From NCBI GenBank assembly GCA_032123335.1, contig JAQBFN010000020.1:7540-71539 (forward strand): 64,000 nt of DNA. Direction: 5' to 3'. Origin of the DNA: Candidatus Micrarchaeota archaeon (lineage in GTDB: Archaea; Micrarchaeota; Micrarchaeia; Anstonellales; Bilamarchaeaceae). This document shows, one piece after another, positions 18,045 to 28,219 of the stretch (positions are counted from its first letter, which is position 1; each line of letters begins with the position of its first letter). The notes below the pieces were generated by a model that made no database searches, was not told the DNA's origin, and saw nothing but the letters and a program-made list of their open reading frames with translations. Made by a program: the position numbers and the translations under genes.

Positions 18045-18257
18045 ATGGAATTTGAAGAGGATGGGCCATACACAGCAAATTCTGAATTACGCTACATAAC
18101 CCTGGAGCTCATGCGCCTAGCCGAAAAGAAGAACACCACCTTCGAGCAGATGGCAGAAGATTACGTAAAGAATACCTTCCACCTGAAGAAGCTCATAGAG
18201 GAAAAAGAGTTCCCGGAAAAAACTTTAAAAAGTAAGGAAGGGATCGGTTATCCATGA
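18045..18257 (+). CDS. Hypothetical small protein
   Basis: ORF only. 4-bp overlap with the downstream gene. Confidence 0.2.
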   Translation: MEFEEDGPYTANSELRYITLELMRLAEKKNTTFEQMAEDYVKNTFHLKKLIEEKEFPEKTLKSKEGIGYP

Positions 18258-20014
18258 GCAATATAGAAAAGGCAGTCTCACTCACTAAATATTTTGTAAA
18301 CCTGCCTAAAACACCCTATACTCTCTCTTTCATATTTTTGCTTTCCCTATTCCTGGGTTTGGGCATTTCCATCCTCACAGGGGAGTCTCTCGTGGAAACA
18401 ATCTTCACAGGCATATTCATACTCACCATTCCCAGCTTCCTCTCAATAATTGTAGGCAAAGCCCTGATGTCCAGGGTCCCTGTCCGCAGGATTGCCGCCA
18501 CAGCATTCCTTGGTGCAGTAATCTATGCCATTACTTACCTGATTGCCCTCTCCCTCCAGCTGTTTTCCCCTGAAGGCACAAGCGCAATATTCGTAGGAAG
18601 CGCCCTGGTATTCGTACTATTTTACACAACTGCAAGGATAATTTTCGTGCACAAATGGCGTTCCCTCATTTTCGCGGTGCTCCAGCTCTTCCTCACCGCA
18701 ATCTTCCTGATAACAGATGGTTTCCTCCCTGTATCTGCAGGAGACCCCTTCAATGTGCTAGTCAAGTTTTATCTTTCTGCATTCGTACTCCTTGCCGGCC
18801 TCTACCTCTTCTTCCTGCTCATAAATGCGCCCATGAAGCGCACGTTCGGAGTTACCTCCACCGATGCAGTTTCAATGTTCTTCTCCCAGTGGTTCTATGA
18901 CAAAAAAGACATGGAGAAAACCTTCCGCAAAGTAGGCGAAACCGTAACCACCTACATTTCCCTCCTCCTTTTCCGCCGCAAAGACGGCGATTTCGCATTC
19001 GTAGTCCCCGGAGTCCATTTTGGCCCCTTTGGCAACCTGGGCGGAAGCAACTTCTCCTACCTCATTGCAGAAGAACTCGAAAAGAAGCACAAAACAAAAT
19101 CATTCGTTTTCCACGGTCCCGCAACCCACGACCTCAACCCGGTTTCCACATCCGAGCTCAAGAAAATAACTGATTCCTGCTCAGAAATACTCTCAAGCGC
19201 AAAGCCCATGTCCTCCAAGGTTTCCCTTTCCGCTTCAACCACAGAGCATGCAATTGCAGAATCCCTCAACTTCAAAAACCACTCCTTTATCGGAATGAGC
19301 CGTGCCCCCAAAACCACTGAGGATATGTCCCTGGGCACCGGGATGGCTCTTGCAGCAACCGCAGAAAAGCACGTCTCCTCCGCAACAATTGTAGACCAGC
19401 ACAATGCAGAAACAGGGGAAATGGAGTACATAGAGCCCGGAACCAGGATGTGCTTCCAGTACCTAGAAGCACTGGAAGATGCGCTCTCCAAAAAGCCCAA
19501 GGAAAACAAGCTCAAAGCCGGATTCGCATTCGGCTCAAGCGATTCTTCTCGCATCGGCCCTGCAGGCATCAAGGTTGCAGCCCTCTCCACAGACCCGGAA
19601 TATGTAGTAATCCTTCCCGATGCAAACGGCATCACCCCCACCTTTCGCAGGCGCATCATGACCGCAGTGGATTCCCTCTACCGCACAGAAGGCTGGGGCC
19701 CCGCAGTCCCGGCAGTCTACACAACCGACACCCACAAGGTAAACACTGTCCGCGGTGTAGTAAACCCTCTCAAAGAAAACGACGTAATCCTCAACCAGAT
19801 TCTCTTCCTTGTAAAGCATGCCCATGAAGACATGAAGGATGCCCAATTCTACGCAGAAAAGCGTACAATGGATATCCGTGCACTTGGAGCAAAGCAGGCA
19901 ATCGAAATCATTTCCACAATAAACTCAATCGTTGCAATCTCAAAAGTTGCCGCACCCATTATAATAATTTCAGGCATATTAGCCATACTCTGGATAATTT
20001 CCAACTTAGGATGA
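18254..20014 (+). CDS. Large archaeal membrane protein (DUF2070-like: N-terminal multi-TM region plus soluble domain)
   Basis: About 6 N-terminal TM helices, a ~380-aa soluble region and a C-terminal TM. The architecture resembles DUF2070. Family recalled from memory. Confidence 0.4.
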   Translation: MSNIEKAVSLTKYFVNLPKTPYTLSFIFLLSLFLGLGISILTGESLVETIFTGIFILTIPSFLSIIVGKALMSRVPVRRIAATAFLGAVIYAITYLIALSLQLFSPEGTSAIFVGSALVFVLFYTTARIIFVHKWRSLIFAVLQLFLTAIFLITDGFLPVSAGDPFNVLVKFYLSAFVLLAGLYLFFLLINAPMKRTFGVTSTDAVSMFFSQWFYDKKDMEKTFRKVGETVTTYISLLLFRRKDGDFAFVVPGVHFGPFGNLGGSNFSYLIAEELEKKHKTKSFVFHGPATHDLNPVSTSELKKITDSCSEILSSAKPMSSKVSLSASTTEHAIAESLNFKNHSFIGMSRAPKTTEDMSLGTGMALAATAEKHVSSATIVDQHNAETGEMEYIEPGTRMCFQYLEALEDALSKKPKENKLKAGFAFGSSDSSRIGPAGIKVAALSTDPEYVVILPDANGITPTFRRRIMTAVDSLYRTEGWGPAVPAVYTTDTHKVNTVRGVVNPLKENDVILNQILFLVKHAHEDMKDAQFYAEKRTMDIRALGAKQAIEIISTINSIVAISKVAAPIIIISGILAILWIISNLG

Positions 20015-20018
20015 TCAC

Positions 20019-21083
20019 ATGGATATTGAAAAGAAAATCGAACTCACTATGAAAGCCCCTACCCAGGAGCTCGTAACCAAGGAAGACCTCAAAACCCTTT
20101 TTGAAAATCACGCGCACCCCAAGCACTACATTGGATTTGAAATCTCCGGTTTTGCCCACATCGGAACCGGCCTCGCAACATCCCTCAAAGTAAAGGATTT
20201 GCTCGAAGCCGGCTGCAAGCCCACCATCTTCCTTGCTGATTACCATACCTGGATAAACGGCAAGCTTGGAGGAGACCTGGATAAAATAAGGCAGGTTGCA
20301 GAAGGCTACTTCAAGCACTGCTTTATCGCGCTCGGCCTTCCCGAATCCAAAGTAGATTACGTGCTTGCAAGCAACCTCTACGATTCCGATTACTGGAAAA
20401 CCGTTTTGGACATCAGCAGGAACACAAGCCTTAACCGCATGCTCCGCTGCATTACCATTATGGGACGCAAGGAAACCGACACCACCTCCTCTGCTTCAAT
20501 CCTCTACCCCGCAATGCAGGCCGCAGACATCTTTATGCTCAAAGTGCAAATCGCGCACTCTGGAATGGACCAGCGCAAGGTCCACATGCTTGCAAGGGAA
20601 GTGGCGCCCAAGCTCGGGGCTGAAAAGCCCGTAGCCCTTCATGGCCACCTCCTCCCTAGCCTGCATGGCGTAGAGCGTATGAATCCCACCGAGGACCAGG
20701 TAATTGATGCAAAGATGTCCAAGTCCAAGCCTGATTCCGCAATCTTCGTGCACGAGCCCGAATCCGAAATCCTCCGCAAGGTAAAGAAAGCATACTGCCC
20801 TGAAAAAGTTGCGGATGGAAACCCAATGATTGAATATGCGGAAAACCTTGTTCTCCGCGACCGCCCGCTCAAAATCGAGCGCCCGGAAAAGTTCGGAGGA
20901 AACGTGGAATTCGCAACTTCCTTAGAGCTCCGCGAAGCCTATACAAGCGGTGCACTCCACCCAATGGACCTCAAGAATGCAGTGGGAAAAGAACTGGTAG
21001 AAATGCTTAAGCCCGTTCGGGACTACTTTGAAAAGCATCCCAAATACCTCAAGGAACTCGAGGGAATGCGGATAACCCGCTAG
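20019..21083 (+). CDS. tyrS: Tyrosyl-tRNA synthetase (archaeal type)
   Basis: KMSKSKP. A C-terminal block KAYCPEKVADGNPMIEYAENLV…ERPEKFGGNV…LHPMDLKNAV is nearly identical to M. jannaschii TyrRS. Confidence 0.9.
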   Translation: MDIEKKIELTMKAPTQELVTKEDLKTLFENHAHPKHYIGFEISGFAHIGTGLATSLKVKDLLEAGCKPTIFLADYHTWINGKLGGDLDKIRQVAEGYFKHCFIALGLPESKVDYVLASNLYDSDYWKTVLDISRNTSLNRMLRCITIMGRKETDTTSSASILYPAMQAADIFMLKVQIAHSGMDQRKVHMLAREVAPKLGAEKPVALHGHLLPSLHGVERMNPTEDQVIDAKMSKSKPDSAIFVHEPESEILRKVKKAYCPEKVADGNPMIEYAENLVLRDRPLKIERPEKFGGNVEFATSLELREAYTSGALHPMDLKNAVGKELVEMLKPVRDYFEKHPKYLKELEGMRITR

Positions 21084-21790
21084 CTTCGCGCAAACGCTTC
21101 CACAATTTTCTTTATCTTTTTATTCGCTTCTCCCATATGCTCCAGCACTTCCTTGTGCGTAAGCTCTTTCTTCCCTTTAATTCCCGCAGCATAATTAGTC
21201 CCAACTGCAATCCCACACAAAGGAATCTCCAGCTCCCCCGCAAGCGTTGCTTCATACGCACTGGTCATATTAACCAAATTCGCACCCATCCCCTTCAACG
21301 CCTTAACCTCTGCCCGCGTCTCAAACCTGGGCCCATGCGTAGTAGCTACAATTCCCCCTTTCTTCAGCTTAATTCCCGCACCCTTCGCAGCACCTTCCAC
21401 TTTTTTGGAAATCGCTTTATTGTACGGCTCACTCATGTCCGCATGTGTTATCCCGGATTTAAACGCATCATAATATGTAATCGGTGAATTAAACCCGATA
21501 AAATCCTCCAGCAAAACCAAATCCCCTGGTTTATACCTTCCAATTATCCCTGTTGCATAAAACACAAGAACCGCATCAACTCCCGCATCCTTCATTGCCC
21601 AGATGTTCGCCTTATAATCCACTTTATGCGGAGGCGTCCCATGTTCCTCCCCATGCCTTGGCATAAACAAAACTTCCCTCTTCCCAATCTTCCCACTATA
21701 CACAGTAATTGTCCCGTACGGAGTCCTCTTCCTCCCCCTTTCCATCCGCCCCAATGAGTAGATTCCGGTGCCCCCAATAATCCCAATCAT
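21080..21790 (-). CDS. mtnP: 5'-methylthioadenosine / purine nucleoside phosphorylase
   Basis: MIGIIGGTG…PRHGEEHGTPPHKV…ANLVNMT is the PNP/MTAP family signature. Confidence 0.85.
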   Translation of the reverse strand: MIGIIGGTGIYSLGRMERGRKRTPYGTITVYSGKIGKREVLFMPRHGEEHGTPPHKVDYKANIWAMKDAGVDAVLVFYATGIIGRYKPGDLVLLEDFIGFNSPITYYDAFKSGITHADMSEPYNKAISKKVEGAAKGAGIKLKKGGIVATTHGPRFETRAEVKALKGMGANLVNMTSAYEATLAGELEIPLCGIAVGTNYAAGIKGKKELTHKEVLEHMGEANKKIKKIVEAFARS

Positions 21791-21841
21791 GCTTCCAATA
21801 GAAGGGGGGAGTTTTTTATAAGTTTTGGTCGATATCTCTGC

Positions 21842-22033
21842 GTGATATATATGAAAGCAATGTATCTCGCACTATGCTTAATGCTCGTTCTCGCAGGAAC
21901 AGTAATGGCATACACTGGCTACGATGACGACTACTATTACGACGACTATGCATATGACGATTACGGATGCTGCTGCGGACCCATGTTCGCACTGGTCGCT
22001 GTTGGAGCATTCGCCCTCTCCCGAAGGCACTAG
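21842..22033 (+). CDS. Small secreted Asp/Tyr-rich peptide with a CCCGP-TM-RRH C-terminal anchor
   Basis: Signal peptide, YDDDYYYDDYAYDDY, then GCCCGPMFALVAVGAFALSRRH. Its stop abuts the PLD gene start. Confidence 0.4.
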   Translation: MIYMKAMYLALCLMLVLAGTVMAYTGYDDDYYYDDYAYDDYGCCCGPMFALVAVGAFALSRRH

Positions 22034-22540
22034 ATGAATAAGGATTTCTTTGCCGGTGTTTTTGCCGGCGTAATCCTCTTTTTTGTTCTCTCATTCATGT
22101 TTCTTCCCGCATATTCCGTTTCCGTAATCTCTTCTCCCGGAGCCGAAGACGAAATCCTCTCCCTTATTGATTCCGCCCAGCACTCAATCTACATAGACAT
22201 GTACATACTCACTTCCGAAAAAGTTGTGGATGCACTAATCTCCGCCCACTACCGCGGCGTAGAAGTAAAGGTAATCCTTGAAGAGCGCACAGGTGCAAAC
22301 ACCCTTGCTTTCTCCCGCCTTGAAGGTGCAGGCACCCAGGTCTGCTGGGCCTCTGCAGTCTACAAGCTCTCCCACCCCAAACTCATAATTGTGGACAACC
22401 AGAAAGCCCTGGTAGGCTCCCACAACCTCTCCAACTCCGCCCTTAATTCCAACCGGGAAATCTCCCTCCTTGTCCAGGGAAACGTAGTTTCTACCCTCCT
22501 TTCCCTTTTCAATTCCGATTGGGATGCCTGTTCCATGTAG
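22034..22540 (+). CDS. Secreted phospholipase-D-family (HKD) nuclease/phosphodiesterase
   Basis: N-terminal TM/signal. Single HKD motif HPKLIIVDNQKALVGSHNLSNSA (HxKx4Dx6GSxN), as in Nuc-type PLD nucleases. Confidence 0.75.
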   Translation: MNKDFFAGVFAGVILFFVLSFMFLPAYSVSVISSPGAEDEILSLIDSAQHSIYIDMYILTSEKVVDALISAHYRGVEVKVILEERTGANTLAFSRLEGAGTQVCWASAVYKLSHPKLIIVDNQKALVGSHNLSNSALNSNREISLLVQGNVVSTLLSLFNSDWDACSM

Positions 22541-22591
22541 CCCACTTCTCTCGAAACTCCTCCTAAGCCTTATAAATATATTCTGTCAAAT

Positions 22592-25500
22592 ATGAATATG
22601 GCAGCAGTTGTAGAGCGGAGTAATTGGTGTAAATTACTGCTAGCCGTATTTATGCTCGTTTCCCTCTCTTTTTCCGCCGGATTCACCTCCGAAGACCTTT
22701 CCAATAAAATAACCTTCATTGACATCTCTGCCGTGGATGGAGTGGTAACCGCCAAGCTCACTGTGCTGACGATGGATGCCAGCATTGAGCACAACCAGTC
22801 CGCCCTCATTGAGGCGTTCAGGGAAGCAGAGAAAGGAAACCAGGCAACCGCAGAGCAAATCCTCGAGGAAGCAGGCCTGAACACTTTCTCAGGGTATTTA
22901 GGCAAAATCGAATCTGAAAGGGCCCCCATAGAAGGTGCAGACCTCAATTTCTACTACACAGTAAAAACCTACGATGATGACAACTATCCTGTCTTCACCA
23001 GGGAGCCAGTGCCCTTTTGTGCAGAGCCAGACCCGGTGCTAACTGATGAGGAGGGGATCGCAGAATGCGACCTCACCCCTTATTATGAAGGAATATACGA
23101 GGGTAAATGCACAGAAATTTCCGTGGTTTTCGGGGATTCAGTATTTGGCACCCAGCTAAATGACGAAACTTATCCCTATGTAGAAGAGATAGTTTACGTA
23201 TGTGACCAGGAAACAACCGCACTCGCAGTAATGCGCGAAGAGATAAGGACCATATTCTCAGACCAGGCCCAGAACCCCCTCTGCTTTGCATCAATGCTTT
23301 TGGGAGGAATGCTGCTCGCTTCAATGTTCTTTGCAGGAAGGAGCCCACTTTCCCTCCTTGATATCACAACACCCCTTCTCCCCAAGGCAAAAGCCATCTC
23401 CTACAGCGGCCTTAGGATGGGAGTCGGTTTCGGGCGCATCATGAAAGAGATGGGTGGCATGGGCGGGCCCGGAGGCATGATTGCATCCTCTTCCAAAGCA
23501 ACCACCGAGCGCATGCTCCGCTACCTCCGCTCCAAGGGCAAATACAGCAAGCGCATGGTTGACCTCATAATGAATTCCGGGGCCAATGAAGTCCTCAAGA
23601 TGCTTGCTCTCCGCTCACTTATTGCAGGAAAAAGCGAGCATTATGTAAAGGGCATTCTCGGGTTCAAGGGAAAAGCCCTGACTGAAGCAGATTTCCAGTC
23701 GGCCTATGCAAAGGTTCTTGCAGACCTTGATAAATCTTCAGATGCAAACGACCTGAATGAATACACGGTTAAGGGGTATGGTGCTAATGCACAGAAGCAG
23801 GGCCTCCACGATTCAGTGCTCCTCCTTGCCCAGATGAGCATGCTTAATGCAATGCAGCAGCAAGCCTTTATTGATTCTACCGGGGAAATACCTGCCTGGT
23901 TCAAGACCCCGCTTGGAAAAACCCTGGGAAGGCTCCCCTTCATCGGAACCCACATAATGGGAGGCACAGCATCCCTCTTTTTTGGTGGCAGGCACCTAGG
24001 CCGCTATTACAATAGTTTTGCAAGGGGAGCAGTGCGCGGAATAGGCGATGTGTTAACCCCCAAAGATAAGAAATTCAGCAAGCGCATCCAGATGGCTGTT
24101 GACGATGCGCGTGTAAAAGGCAAGAAGCCAGGATTTTTTGCAAACTGGGTTGCCCTCAAGGACAATGAGCGCCAGCTCGTAAAAATCTTTGACAATTTTG
24201 AATACGGTTCCGCACTCTACAAGCGCATGATGAAGGAAGCCCGCAAGGATGTCCTCAACTGGCTCGTGGGTACGGTAATTGCGAAATACGGAGGAAAGAT
24301 GGACCTCACCCGTGAAGAGGTTATAGAAATTGGGGAAAAGACTCCGGATGAATTGATGTTCCGCACCTTCAACAAGATTGAATTCTCAAAGATTGAAGGA
24401 GAGCTCCGTAGGCTCCTCTCAGATCCAGGCATGAGGGACCTCCAGAAAGCCCGCGCCCTGATGCGCCTTATGGAAGCATACGGAATAGCTTTCGACAAAC
24501 AGGGCGTTACTGATGCAATCCACATGCTCTCCAAAATAGACCGGGAAGACCCCAAATCCCCTGCAGCAGTAGGCATAATCGATCCGACCAACAGGTACGC
24601 AATGGATTGCCACAAGCTCATGCGCCTCCAGAGCTACCTACAACAGCAGTTCAACGTTGACAGGCTAACAGACATCAAGTCAGAGTACAAGGCTTTCCAG
24701 GACGGAGGAAAATTCTTCTTCACAGTAGGAAGGGAAACCCTCTCCCACGGCGCAAGCGATTTCACGTTTGGCACCTTTTTCCGCTCCAAGTACCGCGAGG
24801 CGCTTGAGAACTCCAAAGCAGGGGAAACCCGCCCCATCTCCATAAGGGACATCGCGAACTACTCTTTCCTCCGCATCGCAAACGAGCGCTGGGGACTAAT
24901 TGACCCAAATATGCCCGGCCTGGACAAGAAGCTCGTAGCAGTAATGAAGAACGCAGAAACCTGGCTCCGCTCCCTAGCAGATCCAGAGTTCCTCAGGCGC
25001 AACCCCTCGTACTCCAATCTTCTCAATTCCCTTTATGGCCCAAGTGCCCGTGCTGGTGTGAAAGACGACACCATGGACATAATGGAGCACGGTGCCGAAT
25101 ATGGCACAGCCAAGGGCGCGTGGCGCATGGACATGAAGGCCCACTGGAAAATTTACGGGGGCCCGATGGGCGGAGTAAAATCTTCTGTAGAAAACCAGGC
25201 ATTTGGGGAAGTTAACCGTGCCCACAATGTCCCCATGGCTATCCAGTCGATGATTGACAAGGGACTCAACTACAAGGATGCTTCAGGCAAGTACATGAAC
25301 ACTGTTGTTGAAAGCTACCTCTTCAAGCGCCTGAAGGGAATGATAGAGCAGGACAATCCAAATACCTATTTCACTTCCCAGGGTGAATTCGACCGCTTCA
25401 GGCAGCTCTGGGCCTCTTACAAATCACACATTGCCAGAGACAAAGGCATAGATGAAAGGAGTGTTACCGACAAGCAGGTTGCAGAATTCATAAAGAAGCC

Positions 25501-28219
25501 CCTTGGGATTGAGGAGCTTTCAAAGTCCAGCTGGATAAGGCTGAAGGAAGGCTCAGTTGCTCCGTTTATCCAGGAACACACTTTCAAGCTTGCCCAGGCC
25601 GACCGTGTAATAAACGCCAAATATTACATACGGCGTGGCGGGTACTGGGAGGAATTCGCGCCTGAGAAATTCCAAAAGCAGAAACCATTTATGGATGTTG
25701 TCCTGGGCAAGGACAGCGAAATCAGGAAAATGCTTGGGGACAAGGATTACATTCTTTCTGGAGGTGAGATACGTGGTGTATCCAACAAGCTCCTGAAGGA
25801 ATATGAAACTATTATGAATAACCTGGCGCGAGTACCCCAGGCAGATATTGACAAGCTTTTCGCGAAACTCAAAACAGGCGCTGCGAAAGACCCCAAGAAT
25901 TCTGAAGCCTATGCTGCAATGGCAGGATATGTGCTCAGTGGAAGGGCAGGAAGGGACCCAACTAAACTTGACCTTGCCGATAATTTCGGGACCCGTCTAG
26001 GTGAAAAAGTCCGCATGGAACTCATGCTCAAGGACTACCAGAATGCCAAAACCACGGAGCAGAAAAGGGCTGCCGCCAGGGACCTTATGAACTGGGCAAA
26101 AGCAGGAGGGCCTGGTGAGGAGCGCCACGTAAAAGTCGCCCTCCTCCTGTACACCCACGCAGACAGAACCGGGGACTGGAAAGATTTCAACAATTTTGAT
26201 GCAGTGAAGCTCATGCCCGGTGCAACTGCAGATCTAAAGCCTGGCAATGTCCAGGAGTACGAAAAGCTCACCGGGCTCAAAGGCTGGATCAAGAATGCAG
26301 TTAACCTCACCCAACACATCACAGACCCGATAAGCAAGAAGTTCAACCTTGGGCTTGAGCAGTTCATGCTTTCCACTTTCGGCAAGCAAATGAAGAGCGA
26401 ATATGAAGGAAGCCTTGTTTCAGAATACTTCAGGCAAACAGGAGGAAAATTCGCTGCTAAGCTTGCGGCAGGGGAATTCGGCAACCCGGATATGCGAGCC
26501 AACGCGGACCCAAGAATAAAGGAATTCAACCGCCTCATGGATTCATTTACCCGCTACCATGCAGTCTGGGACGAGACAATCACCCGTGACCCCAGGGGCA
26601 ACTCTTCAGCCATTGGGGGCGCATTCATTTACTCAGGTTTCTTCCACCACGGTCCTGCCATGGGATTCGGCCCCGGCATGTACAGGAGATGGTCGTCTGC
26701 AGGCCACCAGCAGCCCTGGACTACCTGGGGAGGATTCAAGGCAAATGTGCGTGAGCGCGCATGGGGCCTCCAGTTTGTCCCCCAGATGTTCAACTGGGCA
26801 GTGGGAACTCCTTTTGGTGTTGCCTACAGGACATACATAACCTCCAGATGGGGCTTCATGTCCAAGTATGACAGGAAATACAGCAGTGACGCCCCCCTAG
26901 TCACAGAAACCCCTGAAAAATACCGTGCAGGCGCAATTCAGAAATATGATGATCAACTGGCAGCCTATCAGGCTAAAATGATTGAGCAGATTGCTAAACT
27001 CCAGCAAAACAAGGGCTATTCAAACGAAGATGCATTTACCCAGGCCAACCAGGAGCTCAGGGGTGAAAGGCCAACTCCTCCTTCATTTGAGCTGGAGCGT
27101 GACACCCTCAGGCCCTATTCCGAAACCCACCCCAGGACTTCAGAAGGCCGCGCTGCAATGTTCAACTGGTTTTATGCTTCATTTGACCCCACATCAACGA
27201 ACCTCAAGCGTTTTGCATCAATCGCGGCCGCTGCACCCGGTTCACTTATGACTCCCCTGCACCTAATCAGAGGAGTGCAGAGCAATATCCTGAAGGGGGG
27301 CACTCCCGGGATAAACCGCTCTGACAGCAACCCATACTATGTAACTCCCGGAGGAATGAGGGGCCAGATGATAAAGGCTACTGGCCCCATGGTCAAGAGG
27401 CAGTATGGAGGAACTGAAATTGTTACCGGTGTAGTACGGTCCCATGAAGATATGTGGGCTTACCAGGCAGGGGTTAATGCTGTTTGGGGCAATGCAAACC
27501 CCGGCGCATCCTACATTGATTTCAGCCAGAGCCTACACCTGGACCCCCGCGCAGCCAACTATCTCCGCTATGAATCACGTTTCCGCCCATATATGCAGTA
27601 TGATGAATATGTGGACAAGCAATCCAAGCTCGGCCTTGTGAAGAGGGACATCGACCCATTCAAGCTCATGATGGCAAGGAATGCAGAAATCAGGCATTAT
27701 AAGTTCCCTGAGAACACTCTCTTCAGGTTCCTAAACCCAGCAGCATTCGCTATCTACAAAGCACAAGCATTTGTTACCAAGCGCGGGCAAACCCTTGTCA
27801 ATGCAAGGAACATGTATAGGGATGCAACAACCAATGTTTCAACCACCACCGGCGGGGCTATGCTTACAGGAGTAGGCAACTTTGCATCCAAGATAGGTGG
27901 CAAGGTAGGGACTATGATGCACCAGAATCTAGAGCTTGGATTCAGGAAGAGCATCCGCTACTGCCAGTCCTGCGGAGGGCCGAGGGTTGAAGGCGGCGTA
28001 TGCAATGCCTGCGCAAGAAAAACAAGATGTTCTTACGAAGGATGCGACCATATCGGGGACCCATCCCACAACCACTCCTGCGTACATGGAATACAGCGCA
28101 ACCTCCTGAATGAAGAATTTTCTCAAAAAGGCGGCTTCAAAGTTGCAGGAGAGAGGGCCTCCGGTTGGTATGGCCTAAGAAAAAGCCATTGGGGAACACT
28201 ATGGGGTAGAGAACCATGA
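22592..28219 (+). CDS. Giant (1875 aa) single-pass membrane/surface protein of unknown function
   Basis: Uninterrupted 5.6-kb ORF. N-terminal signal peptide, a ~220-aa N-terminal domain, then one TM (…CFASMLLGGMLLASMFFAG…). No P-loop or known catalytic motif. Trp/Gly-rich segment (aa ~1330-1420). C-terminal Cys/His cluster CQSCGG…CNAC…CSYEGCDH…HNHSCVH. Confidence 0.7.
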   Translation: MNMAAVVERSNWCKLLLAVFMLVSLSFSAGFTSEDLSNKITFIDISAVDGVVTAKLTVLTMDASIEHNQSALIEAFREAEKGNQATAEQILEEAGLNTFSGYLGKIESERAPIEGADLNFYYTVKTYDDDNYPVFTREPVPFCAEPDPVLTDEEGIAECDLTPYYEGIYEGKCTEISVVFGDSVFGTQLNDETYPYVEEIVYVCDQETTALAVMREEIRTIFSDQAQNPLCFASMLLGGMLLASMFFAGRSPLSLLDITTPLLPKAKAISYSGLRMGVGFGRIMKEMGGMGGPGGMIASSSKATTERMLRYLRSKGKYSKRMVDLIMNSGANEVLKMLALRSLIAGKSEHYVKGILGFKGKALTEADFQSAYAKVLADLDKSSDANDLNEYTVKGYGANAQKQGLHDSVLLLAQMSMLNAMQQQAFIDSTGEIPAWFKTPLGKTLGRLPFIGTHIMGGTASLFFGGRHLGRYYNSFARGAVRGIGDVLTPKDKKFSKRIQMAVDDARVKGKKPGFFANWVALKDNERQLVKIFDNFEYGSALYKRMMKEARKDVLNWLVGTVIAKYGGKMDLTREEVIEIGEKTPDELMFRTFNKIEFSKIEGELRRLLSDPGMRDLQKARALMRLMEAYGIAFDKQGVTDAIHMLSKIDREDPKSPAAVGIIDPTNRYAMDCHKLMRLQSYLQQQFNVDRLTDIKSEYKAFQDGGKFFFTVGRETLSHGASDFTFGTFFRSKYREALENSKAGETRPISIRDIANYSFLRIANERWGLIDPNMPGLDKKLVAVMKNAETWLRSLADPEFLRRNPSYSNLLNSLYGPSARAGVKDDTMDIMEHGAEYGTAKGAWRMDMKAHWKIYGGPMGGVKSSVENQAFGEVNRAHNVPMAIQSMIDKGLNYKDASGKYMNTVVESYLFKRLKGMIEQDNPNTYFTSQGEFDRFRQLWASYKSHIARDKGIDERSVTDKQVAEFIKKPLGIEELSKSSWIRLKEGSVAPFIQEHTFKLAQADRVINAKYYIRRGGYWEEFAPEKFQKQKPFMDVVLGKDSEIRKMLGDKDYILSGGEIRGVSNKLLKEYETIMNNLARVPQADIDKLFAKLKTGAAKDPKNSEAYAAMAGYVLSGRAGRDPTKLDLADNFGTRLGEKVRMELMLKDYQNAKTTEQKRAAARDLMNWAKAGGPGEERHVKVALLLYTHADRTGDWKDFNNFDAVKLMPGATADLKPGNVQEYEKLTGLKGWIKNAVNLTQHITDPISKKFNLGLEQFMLSTFGKQMKSEYEGSLVSEYFRQTGGKFAAKLAAGEFGNPDMRANADPRIKEFNRLMDSFTRYHAVWDETITRDPRGNSSAIGGAFIYSGFFHHGPAMGFGPGMYRRWSSAGHQQPWTTWGGFKANVRERAWGLQFVPQMFNWAVGTPFGVAYRTYITSRWGFMSKYDRKYSSDAPLVTETPEKYRAGAIQKYDDQLAAYQAKMIEQIAKLQQNKGYSNEDAFTQANQELRGERPTPPSFELERDTLRPYSETHPRTSEGRAAMFNWFYASFDPTSTNLKRFASIAAAAPGSLMTPLHLIRGVQSNILKGGTPGINRSDSNPYYVTPGGMRGQMIKATGPMVKRQYGGTEIVTGVVRSHEDMWAYQAGVNAVWGNANPGASYIDFSQSLHLDPRAANYLRYESRFRPYMQYDEYVDKQSKLGLVKRDIDPFKLMMARNAEIRHYKFPENTLFRFLNPAAFAIYKAQAFVTKRGQTLVNARNMYRDATTNVSTTTGGAMLTGVGNFASKIGGKVGTMMHQNLELGFRKSIRYCQSCGGPRVEGGVCNACARKTRCSYEGCDHIGDPSHNHSCVHGIQRNLLNEEFSQKGGFKVAGERASGWYGLRKSHWGTLWGREP

